NCBI RefSeq assembly: GCF_963921235.1
Contig: NC_086097.1
Coordinates: 63,180,001-63,244,000 of the forward strand
Origin: Mobula hypostoma
Taxonomy: Eukaryota
Direction: 5' to 3'
DNA: 64,000 bases
Shown here: positions 1-12,236 of the stretch, piece by piece
Layout: every line of letters starts with the position of its first letter
Position numbering within the stretch: position 1 is the stretch's first letter
The notes under the pieces: generated by a model
The model's database searches: none
Told to the model about the DNA's origin: nothing
The model's input: the letters and a program-made list of their open reading frames with translations, nothing else
Position numbers and translations under genes: made by a program

Positions 1-59
1 TACGGTACCAATTCCCAGACGATAGCATCTGGAATACATTATGGTTGGGATGACTCGGG

Positions 60-1067
60 TCTCCAATGATCCTATTGGTCCTTTTTACACACCTGTCTTT
101 GTAAATGTCCTGAATCATGGAAGTTCACAACCACAGATGCGCTGGGCAGTCCGCACCACTCTCTGCAGAGATCTGTGATTAAGGGAGGTACAGTTCCCAT
201 ACCAGGCAGTGATGCAGCCAGTCATGATGCTCTCAATTGTGCCTCTGTAGAAAGTTCTTAGGAATTGGGGGCCCATACCAAACTTCCTCAACCATCTGAG
301 GTGAAAGAGGCACTGTTGTGCCTTTTTCACCACACAGCTGGTATGTACAGACCATGTGAGGTCCTCAGTGATGCTGATGCTGTGGAATTTAAAGCTGTTC
401 ACCCTCTCAACCCCAGATCCATTGATATCAATAGGGTTTAGTCTGTCTCCATTCCTCCTGTAATCCACAACCAGCTCCTTTGCTTTTGCAACATTGAGGG
501 AGAGGTTGTTTTCTTGACATCACTGAGTCAGAGAGATGACTTGTTCCCTGTAGGCCACCTCGTTATTGTTTGAGATTAGGCCAATCAATGTAGTGCCGTT
601 GGCAAATTTAATTAGCAGATTAGAGCTGTGGGTGGCACCACAGTCATGGGTATACAGGGGGTAAAGGAGGGGACTTAGTACATAGCCCTGAGGGGCTCCT
701 GTGTTGAGAGTCAGAGGGGTAAGAGGTGAGGGAGCCCACTCTTACCACCTGCCGGTGATCTGACAGGAAGTTCAGGATCTTGCTGCACAAGGCAGGGTCA
801 AGGCTGAGGTCTCGGAGCTTCCTGTCCAGCTGAGATGGAATTATGGTGTTGAATATTGAACTGTAGTCCAGGAGCAGCATTCTCACATGAGCATCCCTCT
901 TCTCCAGATGTGCAAGGACAGTATGTTGTTCAGTGGCTATTGCGTCATCTGTCGATCAGTTGTGTCGGTAGGCAAATTGTGGGCGGTCCAGTTTGGGTGG
1001 TAGCATGCTGCAGATGTAATCCTTGACCAAAGCATTTGCTGATTATTGAGGTTAGTGCGACAGGACA
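60..1067 (-). mobile_element. Degraded Rex1/Babar-like LINE fragment (RT and C-terminal region)
   Basis: Minus-strand ORFs 644-886 (LLLDYSSIFNTIIP) and 115-468 (LRKFGMGPQFLRTFYRGTIESIMTGCITAWYG); PVALTSIISKC motif near 1032-1066. Confidence 0.8.
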
Positions 1068-1080
1068 CCAGTTAGGGGCA

Positions 1081-1304
1081 TGTACTGTATAGCTACTGTA
1101 TAATATGGGACTACTTTATGTTGTAGGGACACGTCATTGCGTGCGCTATTAGGCACGTATTGAGCATGTGCTATTAGGCGCGTATTGATCTGTTACGTGT
1201 GTGTTCAGTTCGGTTTCAGTCAGTAAAGAACCCTGGTAACTTAGCTTCCATCTCCAGCGTTTTTATTTATAGCTTTGTTGTGTAACCCGGCCACATACAC
1301 AGCA
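1081..1304 (+). repeat. 5' LTR of Gypsy A
   Basis: TGTACTGTATAGCTACTG...CACATACACAGCA, 224 bp, aligns end to end with 14059-14281. Confidence 0.93.
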
Positions 1305-1306
1305 AA

Positions 1307-1318
1307 TCGGCAACGAGG
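1307..1318 (+). promoter_or_regulatory. Degenerate primer-binding site (tRNA-Ser(GCT)-like, consensus TGGCGACGAGG)
   Basis: TCGGCAACGAGG directly after the 5' LTR. Confidence 0.6.
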
Positions 1319-1669
1319 TTATTGAACCTACATCATATCGGAACGTCATGTTTTAATTGATAACGACACTCGGAAGAAGAGCACAAGGTATATGCCAAGG
1401 CAGAGTGAGGTCGCGAGTCCAAAAGGAAACGGAAGCACAGCCGGGGTCAGGAACGTCGGGAGACAAAGAGACAGTCGGAGCCGCAGCACGTCCAGGCGAG
1501 ACCACAGCCGGAGCTGACCCCCAGGGGCTGAGGGTCTGCCTGCCCCAGAAGGGAGATAAAAAGAACGACACACACATCTAGATGGAGTGCGCTCGTGGCG
1601 CTAGCAAGAAGGACAAGTGAGTCAAAAAGGAAAATAAGGGAAGAATGGGGCTTAATTAACATAACAAAG

Positions 1670-2362
1670 ATGGCGATGATCAGAACCATTACAGCATTTG
1701 ATAGTGGCATTGAAGACTGGGCAACTTACATTGAGAGAGTGGAGTTATATTGTGAGGCTAATGGTGTTAATGATGAAAAGAAAGCCAGCGTCTTACTCAG
1801 TATTATGGGAGCGAAAACATACAGCCTGCTACAGAGCTTGTTAACCCCTGAAAAGCTAGCTGACAAAACGTTCAGGCAAATAGTAGACACCCTCCAACAG
1901 TATTTAAACCCCAAACCACTGGTCGTTGTTGAAAGATTTAAATTCCATATTAAACGGAATCAGAGCAAAAATGAAAGCATTTCTGAATATTGTGCTGAAT
2001 TGCGCAAAATATCAGAACATTGTCAATTTGGAGCTGGTCTATCAGACGCATTGAGGGACAGGTTAGTGTGTGGCATGCACTGTGAAACCACACAGAAGCA
2101 GCTCCTGTGTGAAAAAGACCTTACGTTCGAGAAAGTGCTAATCATCTCAACGTCAACAGTCGCACAAGGTGCTTCCGAGATACAACAAAAATCTCTGGAA
2201 CATGCCACAAATAAAACGTCACTGCACAGAAATGAAGGAAAAAAATGCTACTGTTGTGGGAACAGATCACATGACCCTGATGGTTGTTGGTTTAAAGATA
2301 AGGAATGCCGAAACTGTGGCAAACAGGGCCACACTGGCAGAGTATGCAAAGCTGGTAAATAG
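1670..2362 (+). pseudogene. Gypsy A gag with CCHC zinc knuckles
   Basis: EDWATYIERVELY, LRDRLVCGM, CYCCGNRSHDPDGC, CRNCGKQGHTGRVC; TAG at 2360-2362 is in frame with the downstream protease, so probably a nonsense mutation. Confidence 0.9.
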
Positions 2363-2419
2363 CAGGGAAAAGGCAAAATACAGAGAAACAAGAAACCCCA
2401 GAAAGGAAAATACAACAAT

Positions 2420-2872
2420 GTGCACAAAATGAAAGAAAGCAATTCTGATGAAAATGACTCAGACAAAAGTAAATTGTCTTGTCTGCAACTTCACAGCGTG
2501 AGTGAGACAGATGATCAAAGAGTAATATGGATCACTCCACAAGTGGCAGGCGTGAGACTGAAAATGGAGTTGGACACAGGCTCAGCTTTAACAGTGATCG
2601 CTGTACACGACTACAAACGACTGTTTTCTCACATATCTCTGAAACGGACTAAGCTACTGCTAAAGACTTACACAGGACAGAAAGTGTGTCCCAAAGGTAA
2701 AATTAAAGTAACAGTGACCCACGGAGACAAAACACAGCTGCTGAACCTCTATGTACTGAAAAATGGAGGACCACCATTGTTGGGACGTGAATGGCTCAGG
2801 AAAATCCAGTTGGATTGGCACACCATCAAGGCACTAGATGTGTCAACAAAGGAGGACAGCTCAACGGGGAAG
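2420..2872 (+). pseudogene. Gypsy A aspartic protease
   Basis: MELDTGSALTVI active site and GPPLLGREWL motif. Confidence 0.9.
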
Positions 2873-3535
2873 ATATCCGCAGCTCTCCACTCACCCTTTG
2901 TCGACTATTACAATGACGAAGAGGAGCTAGACAGCATTGACGATGAGGACAAACGCAGTATCCGTGGATGTGACTCCGATGAAGTTACAGAGGATGCAAG
3001 GGAGATAGATATTGCTAATAAGTAGGATGATGAAGACTACCTGGCAGTAAAAGAGCAGATGTACCAGGAGAAGTTGACGTCTCTCAAAAGACAGCTACAG
3101 CAGTTACAGGAAGGCACTTTGCAGGAGTATCAGAAAAGAATGAAGAAACTAGGTCAACAATACAAGGAAAGAATATGAAATGCAGAGCTTTTTCTGCAAC
3201 TGGAGACAGAACAAGTTGAAAGGAATTACATTAAAGAGAAGAAAGCAGCAGTGAAGGAATTTGAAGATAAAAAGATTGAGTTAGAAGAAAAAGATGACTT
3301 AGAATGAGAGGCTAACAATGGAACTCACAGGAGATTCTATGGAGGTAAAGCCAATAATAACTAGGAAACTAAGGAGGAGACCTAATGACCCTGTTCCAAT
3401 TACAGACAAAAGATGAAAACCTGCACCTGCGCAGTTAAATTACTTGTTAGCAGATGAACAGATAATGGAAGATCTGTCAACTCTCAATAAGCTTAAATCT
3501 CCGAAAAGACCAGCATCTCCATCTTCTCCTGAACA
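2873..3535 (+). pseudogene. SUDS3: Processed partial copy of Sin3-HDAC corepressor subunit SDS3, captured in Gypsy A
   Basis: Translates to DYYNDEEELDS...[34 protein letters not shown]...[31 protein letters not shown]...[15 protein letters not shown]...[13 protein letters not shown]...[35 protein letters not shown], matching vertebrate SUDS3 as recalled; no introns; several stops and an internal deletion near 3285. Confidence 0.95.
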
Positions 3536-4002
3536 ATTTCCTTGGGAAAGATCCATGAAAATTGGTCACCCCTTAAAAGCTCTTGGACAAAATCAATTCC
3601 ATTCAAACAGAACAGCTTTCGCATAAGGTAAATCTTGAACCAGTCATTTCCTCCATTGAGAATCATACACTTAATCCTTTGCAGGAATGTTTCTTTTGCA
3701 TGTACGAATTTTGAATCCTCAGCCAATGTGTCTTGTTTTGCACAAAGAAGTTGGGAAACAGCATCAAAACAGAGACAAATTCTGGCAACAAATTGTAAGG
3801 TTTCTATAGTTGTATTTTCACACTTGTGCTGAATGTGCATCTGAAGGAATCCTCCCTCTTGAATCAGGTTTCGCAATCTTTTCTTGCACTGTGCACAACT
3901 GGGATTTTTCATACATAGAATCCTCCAAACAATTCAGAAACAGTGCATAGAGTTCAGTCTCAATTCCTTGACCAAGATTTTTTTTGAACTTCAGACAGAT
4001 AG
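3529..4002 (-). pseudogene. RNF213: Processed fragment of RNF213 (mysterin) E3 region, antisense cargo, part 1
   Basis: [45 protein letters not shown]...GIDFVQELL...WIFPKEIVQ, resembling recalled RNF213 TELYMLFINCLEDS, YLQEVARIRLCLD, NDWHRVYLVRKL, WVFPKDVV; frameshifted. Confidence 0.85.
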
Positions 4003-4185
4003 TGTTGTGTTCTTTATATTCATACATGGGTTACTAATAAAGAACCGTCTTTTCTGTCTCAAATAGAACTTTTATTTAACAACAACCACAATATTTTTAC
4101 AATACCATGTTTTTCAATCTTTCTTTCATCCCTGCGCATGCTCAGAACTCTCTCCAATCATGTTCTTACACGTCATATCATCACA
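4003..4185 (-). repeat. 3' LTR of Gypsy B
   Basis: TGTTGTGTTCTTTATATTC...CATATCATCACA, similar to 11983-12170; adjacent polypurine tract on the minus strand. Confidence 0.9.
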
Positions 4186-4243
4186 TCTTCCTTTCCTTAA
4201 AAAGAAAAACAATTAGCAACATTGACCAGAGCAAATGCATAAC

Positions 4244-7200
4244 TTAACATGTCTCTATCAGTCTCTCTGGGGATTTATGAACTCGAGTAGACCTTCTAAG
4301 TGATTCACACAGTTCTTGTGTTTCATTGTTATTTCCATGTTTTGTCTGGTCTGCATTAGTTAACTGAAACTCTGAAGCTGGCCCTTTCTTGAAGTCTTTG
4401 TGATTTCTCCTTAACACTGCTCCTTCTTCTGTTTGGACTATGTATAATCTGGATTGTACTTCTTCAAGTGCTGTAGCTTTCTGTGTCCATGTGATCATTT
4501 TGTCTTGTATCCTTACTTCATCTCCTTGGTGCAGTTCAGGTAATGGACGGGAACATCTGTCAAAGTATGTTTTCTGTTTTGTTTTGTGTTCATCTTTCCA
4601 TCTTTTCACTTGTTCACCTTCCTCTGTTCTCAGAAGGCTCTCATCTATTGGCAGATTGGATCTCAAACGACGTCCCATCAAGAGCTGAGCAGGTGAAAAT
4701 CCATATTCAAGTGGAGTACTGCGATAGACTAACAAAGCTTTATAAAAATCACCTCCACTATCTTTTGCTTTGTGCATCAGTTTCTTGCTAATTCCTACCA
4801 ACTTCTCAACTAATCCATTGGACTGAGGTAAAAATGGACTAGATGTTGTATGAACAAAGCCCCATCCATGAGCAAAATGTCTCATGCATTCACCATTGAA
4901 TTGTGGACCATTGTCTGTGAAAACTTCATCAGGTACCCCTTGTCTGGAAAAAAAACTGATTTCATGCATGTAATTACATTCTCTGCTGTTGTTCTGCTCA
5001 GACCACACACTTCAGGATACAAGAGTAGTAATCCCTTATTAATAAATAATATTTGTTGTCAATTACAAAAAGTTCAACGCCTACCTTCTGATAAGGTCTC
5101 TGAGGACTATGACGTGGATGCAATGGCTCCTTAGGGTTGCTAGGTTGGTATTTAAGGCATATTTGACAAGGAGACACCGATTCTGCAATTTCTTGATTCA
5201 TCCTGGGCCAAAACATCACTTCTCGTGCCCTTCTCTTACATTTTTCAATACCTAGGTGGCCTTCATGAATTTTCCCAAGCTGTTCTTTTTGGAGACTTTT
5301 CGGAATCACAATTCTGCTACCTTTGTACAATATCCCATCCACAACAGAAAGTTCTGATCTGTGGTTCCAATATTCTTGTACTTCTGAGGTACAGTCATGC
5401 TTATTATCTGCCCATCCATCCATCACCACTTGTATTACCTGACTGAGAATTTTGTTCTTCTCAAGATGCAACAGTTCCAACTTTTCGGGAGTAACAGATA
5501 CAGTTTCTATGACCATATCAATAAATACCTGAACATCAACAGCATCCCTGTGACTGTCTTTTGTTGTTGGATCCACAGCTCTGGAAAGTGTGTCAGCCAT
5601 GTACATGAATTTTCCAGGTGCGTATGACACATGCAACGTATATCTTAGTAATTTGATCATCATTTGCTGAATTCGCAAAGGACAGTCACTTAACGGTTTG
5701 TGAAACAATGCAATCAGAGGCTTGTGATCAGTTTCAACATCAATAGATTGACCTGACACAAACTGATGAAATCTCTCACAAGCAAACACAATGCTGAGCA
5801 ATTCTTTTTCAATTTGGGCATACCCTGTTTCTGGATCAGATAATGAATGAGATGCATATGCCACAGGTAGCCAATCCTGATCATGTTTTTGGAGTAATAC
5901 TGCCCCTAAGCCTGCTTGAGATGCATCACACGAGATTTTGATGGGTCTCTCAGCATCACAGAATTTCAACACAGATTCTTTAGTGAGTACTTTCTTGAAA
6001 TTTTGCCTTGCCTTCTCCTGTCCATGGTTCCAGCTCCATTCATTTCTCTTTTCTGTTAGCTGCCTCAATGGAGCGAGCTGTTCCGAGAGATCGGGTATAA
6101 ACTTTCCCATGTAGTTGGCCATTCCCATAAACCTCTGAACATCCTTTTCACATTGCAGTCTTGGCATGTTCTCAATAGCAGAAACCTTCAATGGATCAGG
6201 ACGCACACCCTCTTTGCTGATGATATCACCCACAAATGTAAGTTCAGTCACTCCTAGCTGACATTTGTCTTTATTCAACTTCAGGTTTGCCTTGCGTGTT
6301 GCCTCAAAGACTTGTCTGAGCCTGGCATTATGCTCTTGTTTAGATGATGCCCAAACAATAATCTCATCCATGGATGTATCTACGCCCTCAATGTGCTCAT
6401 ATAACATGTGAGTGGTTTATGGTACACTTCAGGAGCTGATGCAATTCCAAACGGAAGCCAAAGAAAACAGTATCTGGCAAAAGGAGTGTTAAAGGTACAC
6501 AACTTTGAACTCAGTTCATCTAAGTTGCTAGAATTCAGTGGATGCATCTAATTTACTAAAGCACTTTGCATTAGCAAACTGTGACATAATTTCTTCACGA
6601 GCAGGCAATTTGAAATGCTCTCGTTTAATGGCTCGATTCAAGTCTCTTGGATCTAAGCAAATCCTCAGTTTTCCATTTTTCTTATCAACTATGACAAGTG
6701 AATTGACCCATTCAGACGATTCATCAATTTTTTTTATAACTCCTAGCCATTCCGTTCTGTCAAGCTCTGTTTTCAGTTGATGACGTAATGCAAAAAGCAC
6801 TTTTCTACTTGGATGACTACAGTTGGCACTGTGCTATCAATTTTAATCATGTGCTCTCCTGGAAGACAACCAAGCCCTTTGAACAAGTCCTCAGACTTTT
6901 TCATCAAGTCACTGTATTCTGACTCTGTGTCACTGTCCAGGACCAAATCTCTTTTCACCAAATTCAGTCTCTCTCAGGCCGATAAACCCAGTATTGACTG
7001 TACATTCTTTGGCACCACCACAAATGAAAGCGTGTGCACAATAGTTTTGTGTGATACTTTTGCCACACATGTTCCTTTAACTGGAAAGTCTGCACCTGAA
7101 TACCCAGTCACTTTTATATTTGTATTATGTAACTTTGGTCTTGGCTTTAACGCATTAAACTCAGATTCTGCAAGAACATTTACTTGTGCTCCAGTATCAA

Positions 7201-7935
7201 GTTTAAACAGAATATTGTTTTGTTTCACTTGCAATGGAATAGTCCAGTCATTCTTACTTCGTTTTCACAAAGCACATCTATATAAAATTCCTCCAGTTCA
7301 TTTTCAAGTGCTGCATTTATTTGTTTTATTTTCTTTCTACTTCTGCAACAGCGTGAAAAATGATTACTCTTACTGCAGTCGTTGCACATTTTCCCATAAG
7401 CTAGACACTGTTTTGGCCGATGCTGCTCCCCACAATGATCACATAGCTTTTTTCCTCTCAGATGACGTCTTGCTCTCTGTCGGTTTTGTTGTTGTTTTAT
7501 TATTTTTTCTAATATGTTCACGCTTCCTCACAGCATCTACATTGCAGTTCTCAATGAAAAGTTCTTTAGCCTGTGATGTCACAGTTTCCAAAACTTTGCA
7601 GAGCATCAAAGCTTTTTCCATGTCTAAGTCTTGTTCTCTTAACAATCTTTCTCTCAGCGTATTATCCAGAATGCCACAAACAATTCTGTCTTTAATGAGA
7701 GAGTCTGTCAGTTCTCCAAACTCGCATGTTTTACTCTGGTGTCTCAACTCAGTAACATATGGATCAATAGTTTCACCAGCTCTCTGCATACATGTAAAAA
7801 ATCTATGCCGCTCGTATGTCACATTACGCTTCAGTGTACAAAATGCTTCAAGTTTGTCCATTATCGAATATAACTTTAAATTATATTCAAAAATAAAATG
7901 ATTATGTACCTCAATTGCATCGTCACCTATTATGT
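4244..7935 (-). pseudogene. Gypsy B gag (distal part), protease, RT, RNase H and integrase; frameshifted
   Basis: YERHRFF, LIKDRIVCGI, FKLDTGAQVNV, LRICLDPRDLN, CDASQAGLGAVL, YAQIEKELL, IHEGHLGIEKC, TDNGPQF, PQSNGLVE; PR-RT-RH-IN order. Confidence 0.92.
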
Positions 7936-10900
7936 AACATAGAAACATCGAAAATAGGTGCAGGTGTAGGCCATTCGGCCCTTCAAGCCTGCACCACCAT
8001 TCAGTATGATCATGGCTGAGCGATCTGTTTAGCCACAAGGGCCATATCTAACTCCCCCTTAAATATGGCCAATGAACTGGCCTCAACTATTTCCTGTGGC
8101 AGAGAATTCCACAGATTCACCACTCTCTGTGTGAAGAAGTTTTCCCTAATCTCGGTCCTAAAAGGCTTCCCCTTTATCCTCAAACTGTGACCCCTCGTTC
8201 TGGATTTCCCCAACATCGGGAACAATCTTCCTGCATCTAGCCTGCCCAATCCCTTTAGGATTTTATACGTTTCAATAAGATCCCCCCTCAATCTTCTAAA
8301 TTCCAACGAGTATAAGCCTAATTCATCCAGTCTTTCATCATATGAAAGTCCTGCTATCCCAGGAATCAATCTGGTGAACCTTCTTTGTACTCCCTCTATG
8401 GCAAGGATGTCTTTCCTCAGATTAGGGGACCAAACCTGCACACAATACTCCAGATGTGGTCTCACCAAGGCCTTGTACAACTGCAGTAGTTCCTCCCTGC
8501 TCCGGTACTCGAATCCTCTTGCTATAAATGCCAGCATACCATGCGCCTTTTTCACCGCCTGCTGTATCTGCATGCCCACTTTCAATGACTGGTGTATAAT
8601 GACACCCAGGTCTCGTTGCACCTCCCCTTTTCCTAATCGGCCACCATTCAGATAATAATCTGTTTTCCTGTTTTTGCCACCAAAGTGGATAACTTCACAT
8701 TTATCCACATTAAATTGTATCTGCCATGAATTTGCCCACTCACCTAACCTCTACAAGTCACCCTGCATCCTCTTAGCATCCTCCTCACAGCTAACACTGC
8801 CGCCCAGCTTTGTATCATCCACAAACTTGGAGATGCTGCATTTAATTCCCTCATCCAAGTCATTAATATATATTGTAAACAACTGGGGTCCCAGCACTGA
8901 GCCTTGCGGTACCCCACTAGTCACTGCCTGCCATTCTGAAAAGGTCCCGTTTATTCCCACTCTTTGGTTCCTGTCTGCCAACCAATTCTTTATCCACATC
9001 AATACCTTACCCCCAATACCGTGTGCTTTAAGTTTGCACACTAATCTCCTGTGTGGGACCTTGTCAAAAGCCTCTTGAAAATCCAAATATACCACATCAA
9101 CTGGTTCTCCCCTATCCACTCTGCTAGGTACATCCTCAAAAAATTCTGTGAGATTCGTCAGACATGATTTTCCTTTCACAAATCCATGCTGACTTTGTCC
9201 GATCATTTCACCGCTTTCCAAATGTGCTGTTATCACATCTTTGATAACTGACTCTAGCAGTTTCCCCACCACTGATGTTAGGCTAACCGGTCTATAATTC
9301 CCTGGTTTCTCTCTCCTTCCTTTTTAAAAAAGTGGGGTTACATTAGCCACCCTCCAATCCTCAGGAATTAGTCCAGAATCTAAAGAGTTTTAAAAAATTA
9401 TCAATAACGCATCCACTATTTCTTGGGCTACTTCCTTAAGCACTCTGGGATGCAGACCATCTGGCCCTGGGGATTTATCTGCCTTTAATCCCTTCAATTT
9501 ACCTAACACCACTTCCCTACTAACATGTATTTCCCTCAGTTCCTCCATCTTACTGGACCTTCTGTCCCCTACTATTTCCGGAAGATTATTTATGTCCTCC
9601 TTAGTGAAGACAGAACCAAAGTAATTATTCAATTGGTCTCATGTCCTTGCTCCCCATAATCAATTCACCTGTTTCTGTCTGTAGGGGACCTACATTTGCC
9701 TTAACCAATCTTTTTCTTTTCACATATCTATAAAAGCTATTACAGTCAGTTTTTATGTTCCCTGCCAGTTTTCTCTCATAATCTTTTTTCCCCTTCCTAA
9801 TTAAGACCTTTGCCCTCCTCTGCTGAACTCTGAATTTCTTCCAGTCCTCAAGTGAGCCACATTTTCTGGCTAATTTGTATGCTTCTTCTTTGGAATTGAT
9901 ACTATCCCTAATTTCTCTTGTCAGCCACGGGTGCACTACCTTCCTTGATTTATTCTTTTGCCAAACTGGGATGAACAATTGTTGTAGTTCATCCATGCGA
10001 TCTTTAAATGCTTGCCATTGCATATCCACCATCAACCCTTTAAGTGTCATTTGCCAGTCTATCTTAGCTAATTCACGTCTCATACCTTCAAAGTTACCCT
10101 TCTTTAAGTTCAGAACCTTTGTTTCTGAATTAACTATGTCACTCTCCATCTTAATGAAGAATTCCACCATATTATGGTCACTCTTACCCAAGGGGCCTCT
10201 CACGACAAGATCGCTAATTAACCCTTCCTCATTGATCAATATCCAGTCTAGAATAGCCTGCTCTCTAGTTGGTTCCTCTACATGTTGGTTCAAAAAACCA
10301 TCCCACATACATTCCAAGAAATCCTCCTCCTCAGCACCCTTATCAATTTGGTTCACCCAATCTACATGTAGATTGAAGTCACCCATTATAACTGCTGTTC
10401 CTTTATTGCACACATTACTAATTTCCTGTTTAATACCATCCCCAACCTCACTACTACTGTTAGGTGGCCTGTACACAACTCCCACCAGCGTTTTCTGCCC
10501 CTTAGTGTTATGCAGCTCTAACCTTATCGATTCCACATCCTCCCGGCTTATGTCCTTCCTTTCTATTGCGTTAATCTCCTCTCTAACCAGCAACACCACC
10601 CCACCTCCTTTTCTTTCATGTCTATCCCTCCTGAATATTGAATATCCCTGAATGTTGAGCTCCCATCCTTGGTCACCCTGGAGCCACGTCTCTGTGATCC
10701 CAACTATATCATATTCATTAATAACAATCTGCACTTTTAATTCATCCACCTTGTTACGAATGCTCCTTGCATTGACACACAAAGCCTTCAGGCGCGCTTT
10801 TACAACTCTCTTAGCCCTTATACAATTATGTTGAAAAGTGGCCCTTTTTGATGCTTGCCCTGGATTTGTCGGCCTGCCACTTTTACTTTTCACCTTACTA

Positions 10901-11718
10901 CTTTTTGCTTCTACCCTCATTTTACAACCCTCTGTCTCTCTGCACTGGTTCCCATCCCCCTTTGTGAACTAACCTCCTCTCGCCTAGCCTCTTTAATTTG
11001 ATTCCCACCCCCCAACCATTCTAGTTTAAAGTCACCTCAGTAGCTCTCGCTAACCTCCCTGCCAGGATATTGGTCCCCCTGCGATTCAAGTGTAACCCGT
11101 CCTTTTTGTACAGGTCACACCTGCGCCAAAAGAGATCCCAATGATCCAAAAACTTGAATCCCTGCCCCCTGCTCCAATCCCTCAGCCACACATTTATCCT
11201 CCCCCTCATTGCATTCCTACTCTCACTGTCGCATGGCACAGGCAGTAATCCCGAGATTACTACCTTTGCGGTCCTTTTTCTCAACTCCCTTCCTAGCTCC
11301 CTATATTCTCCTTTCAGGACCTCTTCCCTTTTCCTACCTATGTCATTGGTACCTATATGTACCACGACCTCTGGCTCCTCACCCTCCCACTTCAGGATAT
11401 CTTGGACACGTTCAGAAATATCCCGGACCCTGGCACCAGGGAGGCAAACTACCATCCGGGTCTCTGGACTGCGTCCACAGAATCGCCTATCTGACCCCCT
11501 TACTATTGAGTCCCCTATTACAACTGCCCTCCTCTTCCTTTCCCTACCCTTCTGAGCTACAGGGCCGGACTCTGTGCCGGAGGCACGGCCACTGTCGCTT
11601 CCCCCAGGTAAGCTGTCCCCCCCAACAGTACTCAAACAGGAGTACCTATTGTCAAGAGGCACAGCCACCGGGGTACTCTCTAGTACCTGACTCTTCCCCT
11701 TCTCCCTCCTACCCTCCT
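7936..11718 (-). mobile_element. CR1 LINE (5'-truncated within ORF1) inserted in Gypsy B gag
   Basis: ORF1 SGNH esterase (VIGDSIVRG, HIGTND, DGLHLN; 11021-11668); ORF2 APE endonuclease (9625-10920) and RT in frameshifted pieces to 8010; TTTCTATG-type tail; gag frame KAALLLH|IIGDDA is split by it. Confidence 0.93.
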
Positions 11719-11868
11719 GTGGAGTAGAAGTGCAGCTTTTGTTTTCTCTTGCTTTCGATCTGCATCAATCGCCAGTAAATACAATTCAAAATGTTGCTTA
11801 AATTTTCTCCAGTTCTCAGCTACATTCCCAGACAATTGAAGTGTCGATGGAGGCTGCAAACCTTCCAT
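11719..11868 (-). pseudogene. Gypsy B gag N-terminus
   Basis: MEGLQPPSTLQLSGNVAENWRKFKQHFELYLLA...KAALLLH. Confidence 0.85.
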
Positions 11869-11982
11869 TTGTAAAACTGTTAGCAAACACCAAAACAATT
11901 TGAACTCTTTTTTTCAGAAAGTTATTTCCGATTCTCCTGTGTTAGGAAACGTACTATTCTTCTAAATTGAATTCTGACACCA

Positions 11983-12170
11983 TGTTATGTTCTTTATATT
12001 CATACGTACCATGAGTTACTAATAAAGAACCATCTTCTCTGTCTCAAATAGAACTTTTATTTAACAACAACCACAACGGTTTTACAATACCATGTTTCTC
12101 GATCTTTCTATCATCCCTGCACATGCTCAGAACTCTCTCCAATCACGTTCTTATATGTCATATCACCACA
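11983..12170 (-). repeat. 5' LTR of Gypsy B
   Basis: Similar to 4003-4185; followed on the minus strand by PBS TGGTGTCAGAA. Confidence 0.9.
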
Positions 12171-12236
12171 GACAGCACTACAGGTAATCCTTAACATCAC
12201 AAAACTGTACTTTAACAGCAGTTTAAGAACAATGGA
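12171..12236 (-). pseudogene. RNF213: RNF213 antisense cargo, part 2 (continues across Gypsy B)
   Basis: SIVLKLLLKYSF then, after a 1-nt frameshift, DVKDYL; recalled RNF213 has SVILKLLLKYSFHDVKDYI immediately before TELYMLFINCLEDS. Confidence 0.8.

Larger units (their letters stand above)
4003..12170 (-). mobile_element. Ty3/Gypsy LTR retrotransposon B nested in the RNF213 cargo
   Basis: LTRs 4003-4185 and 11983-12170; TSD GATAG (3998-4002) / GACAG (12171-12175); PBS TGGTGTCAGAA (tRNA-Leu type; minus strand 11972-11982); PPT 4186-4200. Confidence 0.93.

Noticed and set aside
2873..3535. Functional SUDS3 gene
   Set aside because: No introns, start codon reads ATA, nonsense codons, internal deletion, C-terminus missing, and located inside an LTR element
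6813..7901. 362-aa plus-strand ORF
   Set aside because: Antisense shadow of Gypsy B gag-protease; no recognisable protein features
8374..10834. Plus-strand ORFs, with equivalents at 40586-41290 and 63410-63814
   Set aside because: Antisense shadows of CR1 ORF2 repeated in every copy
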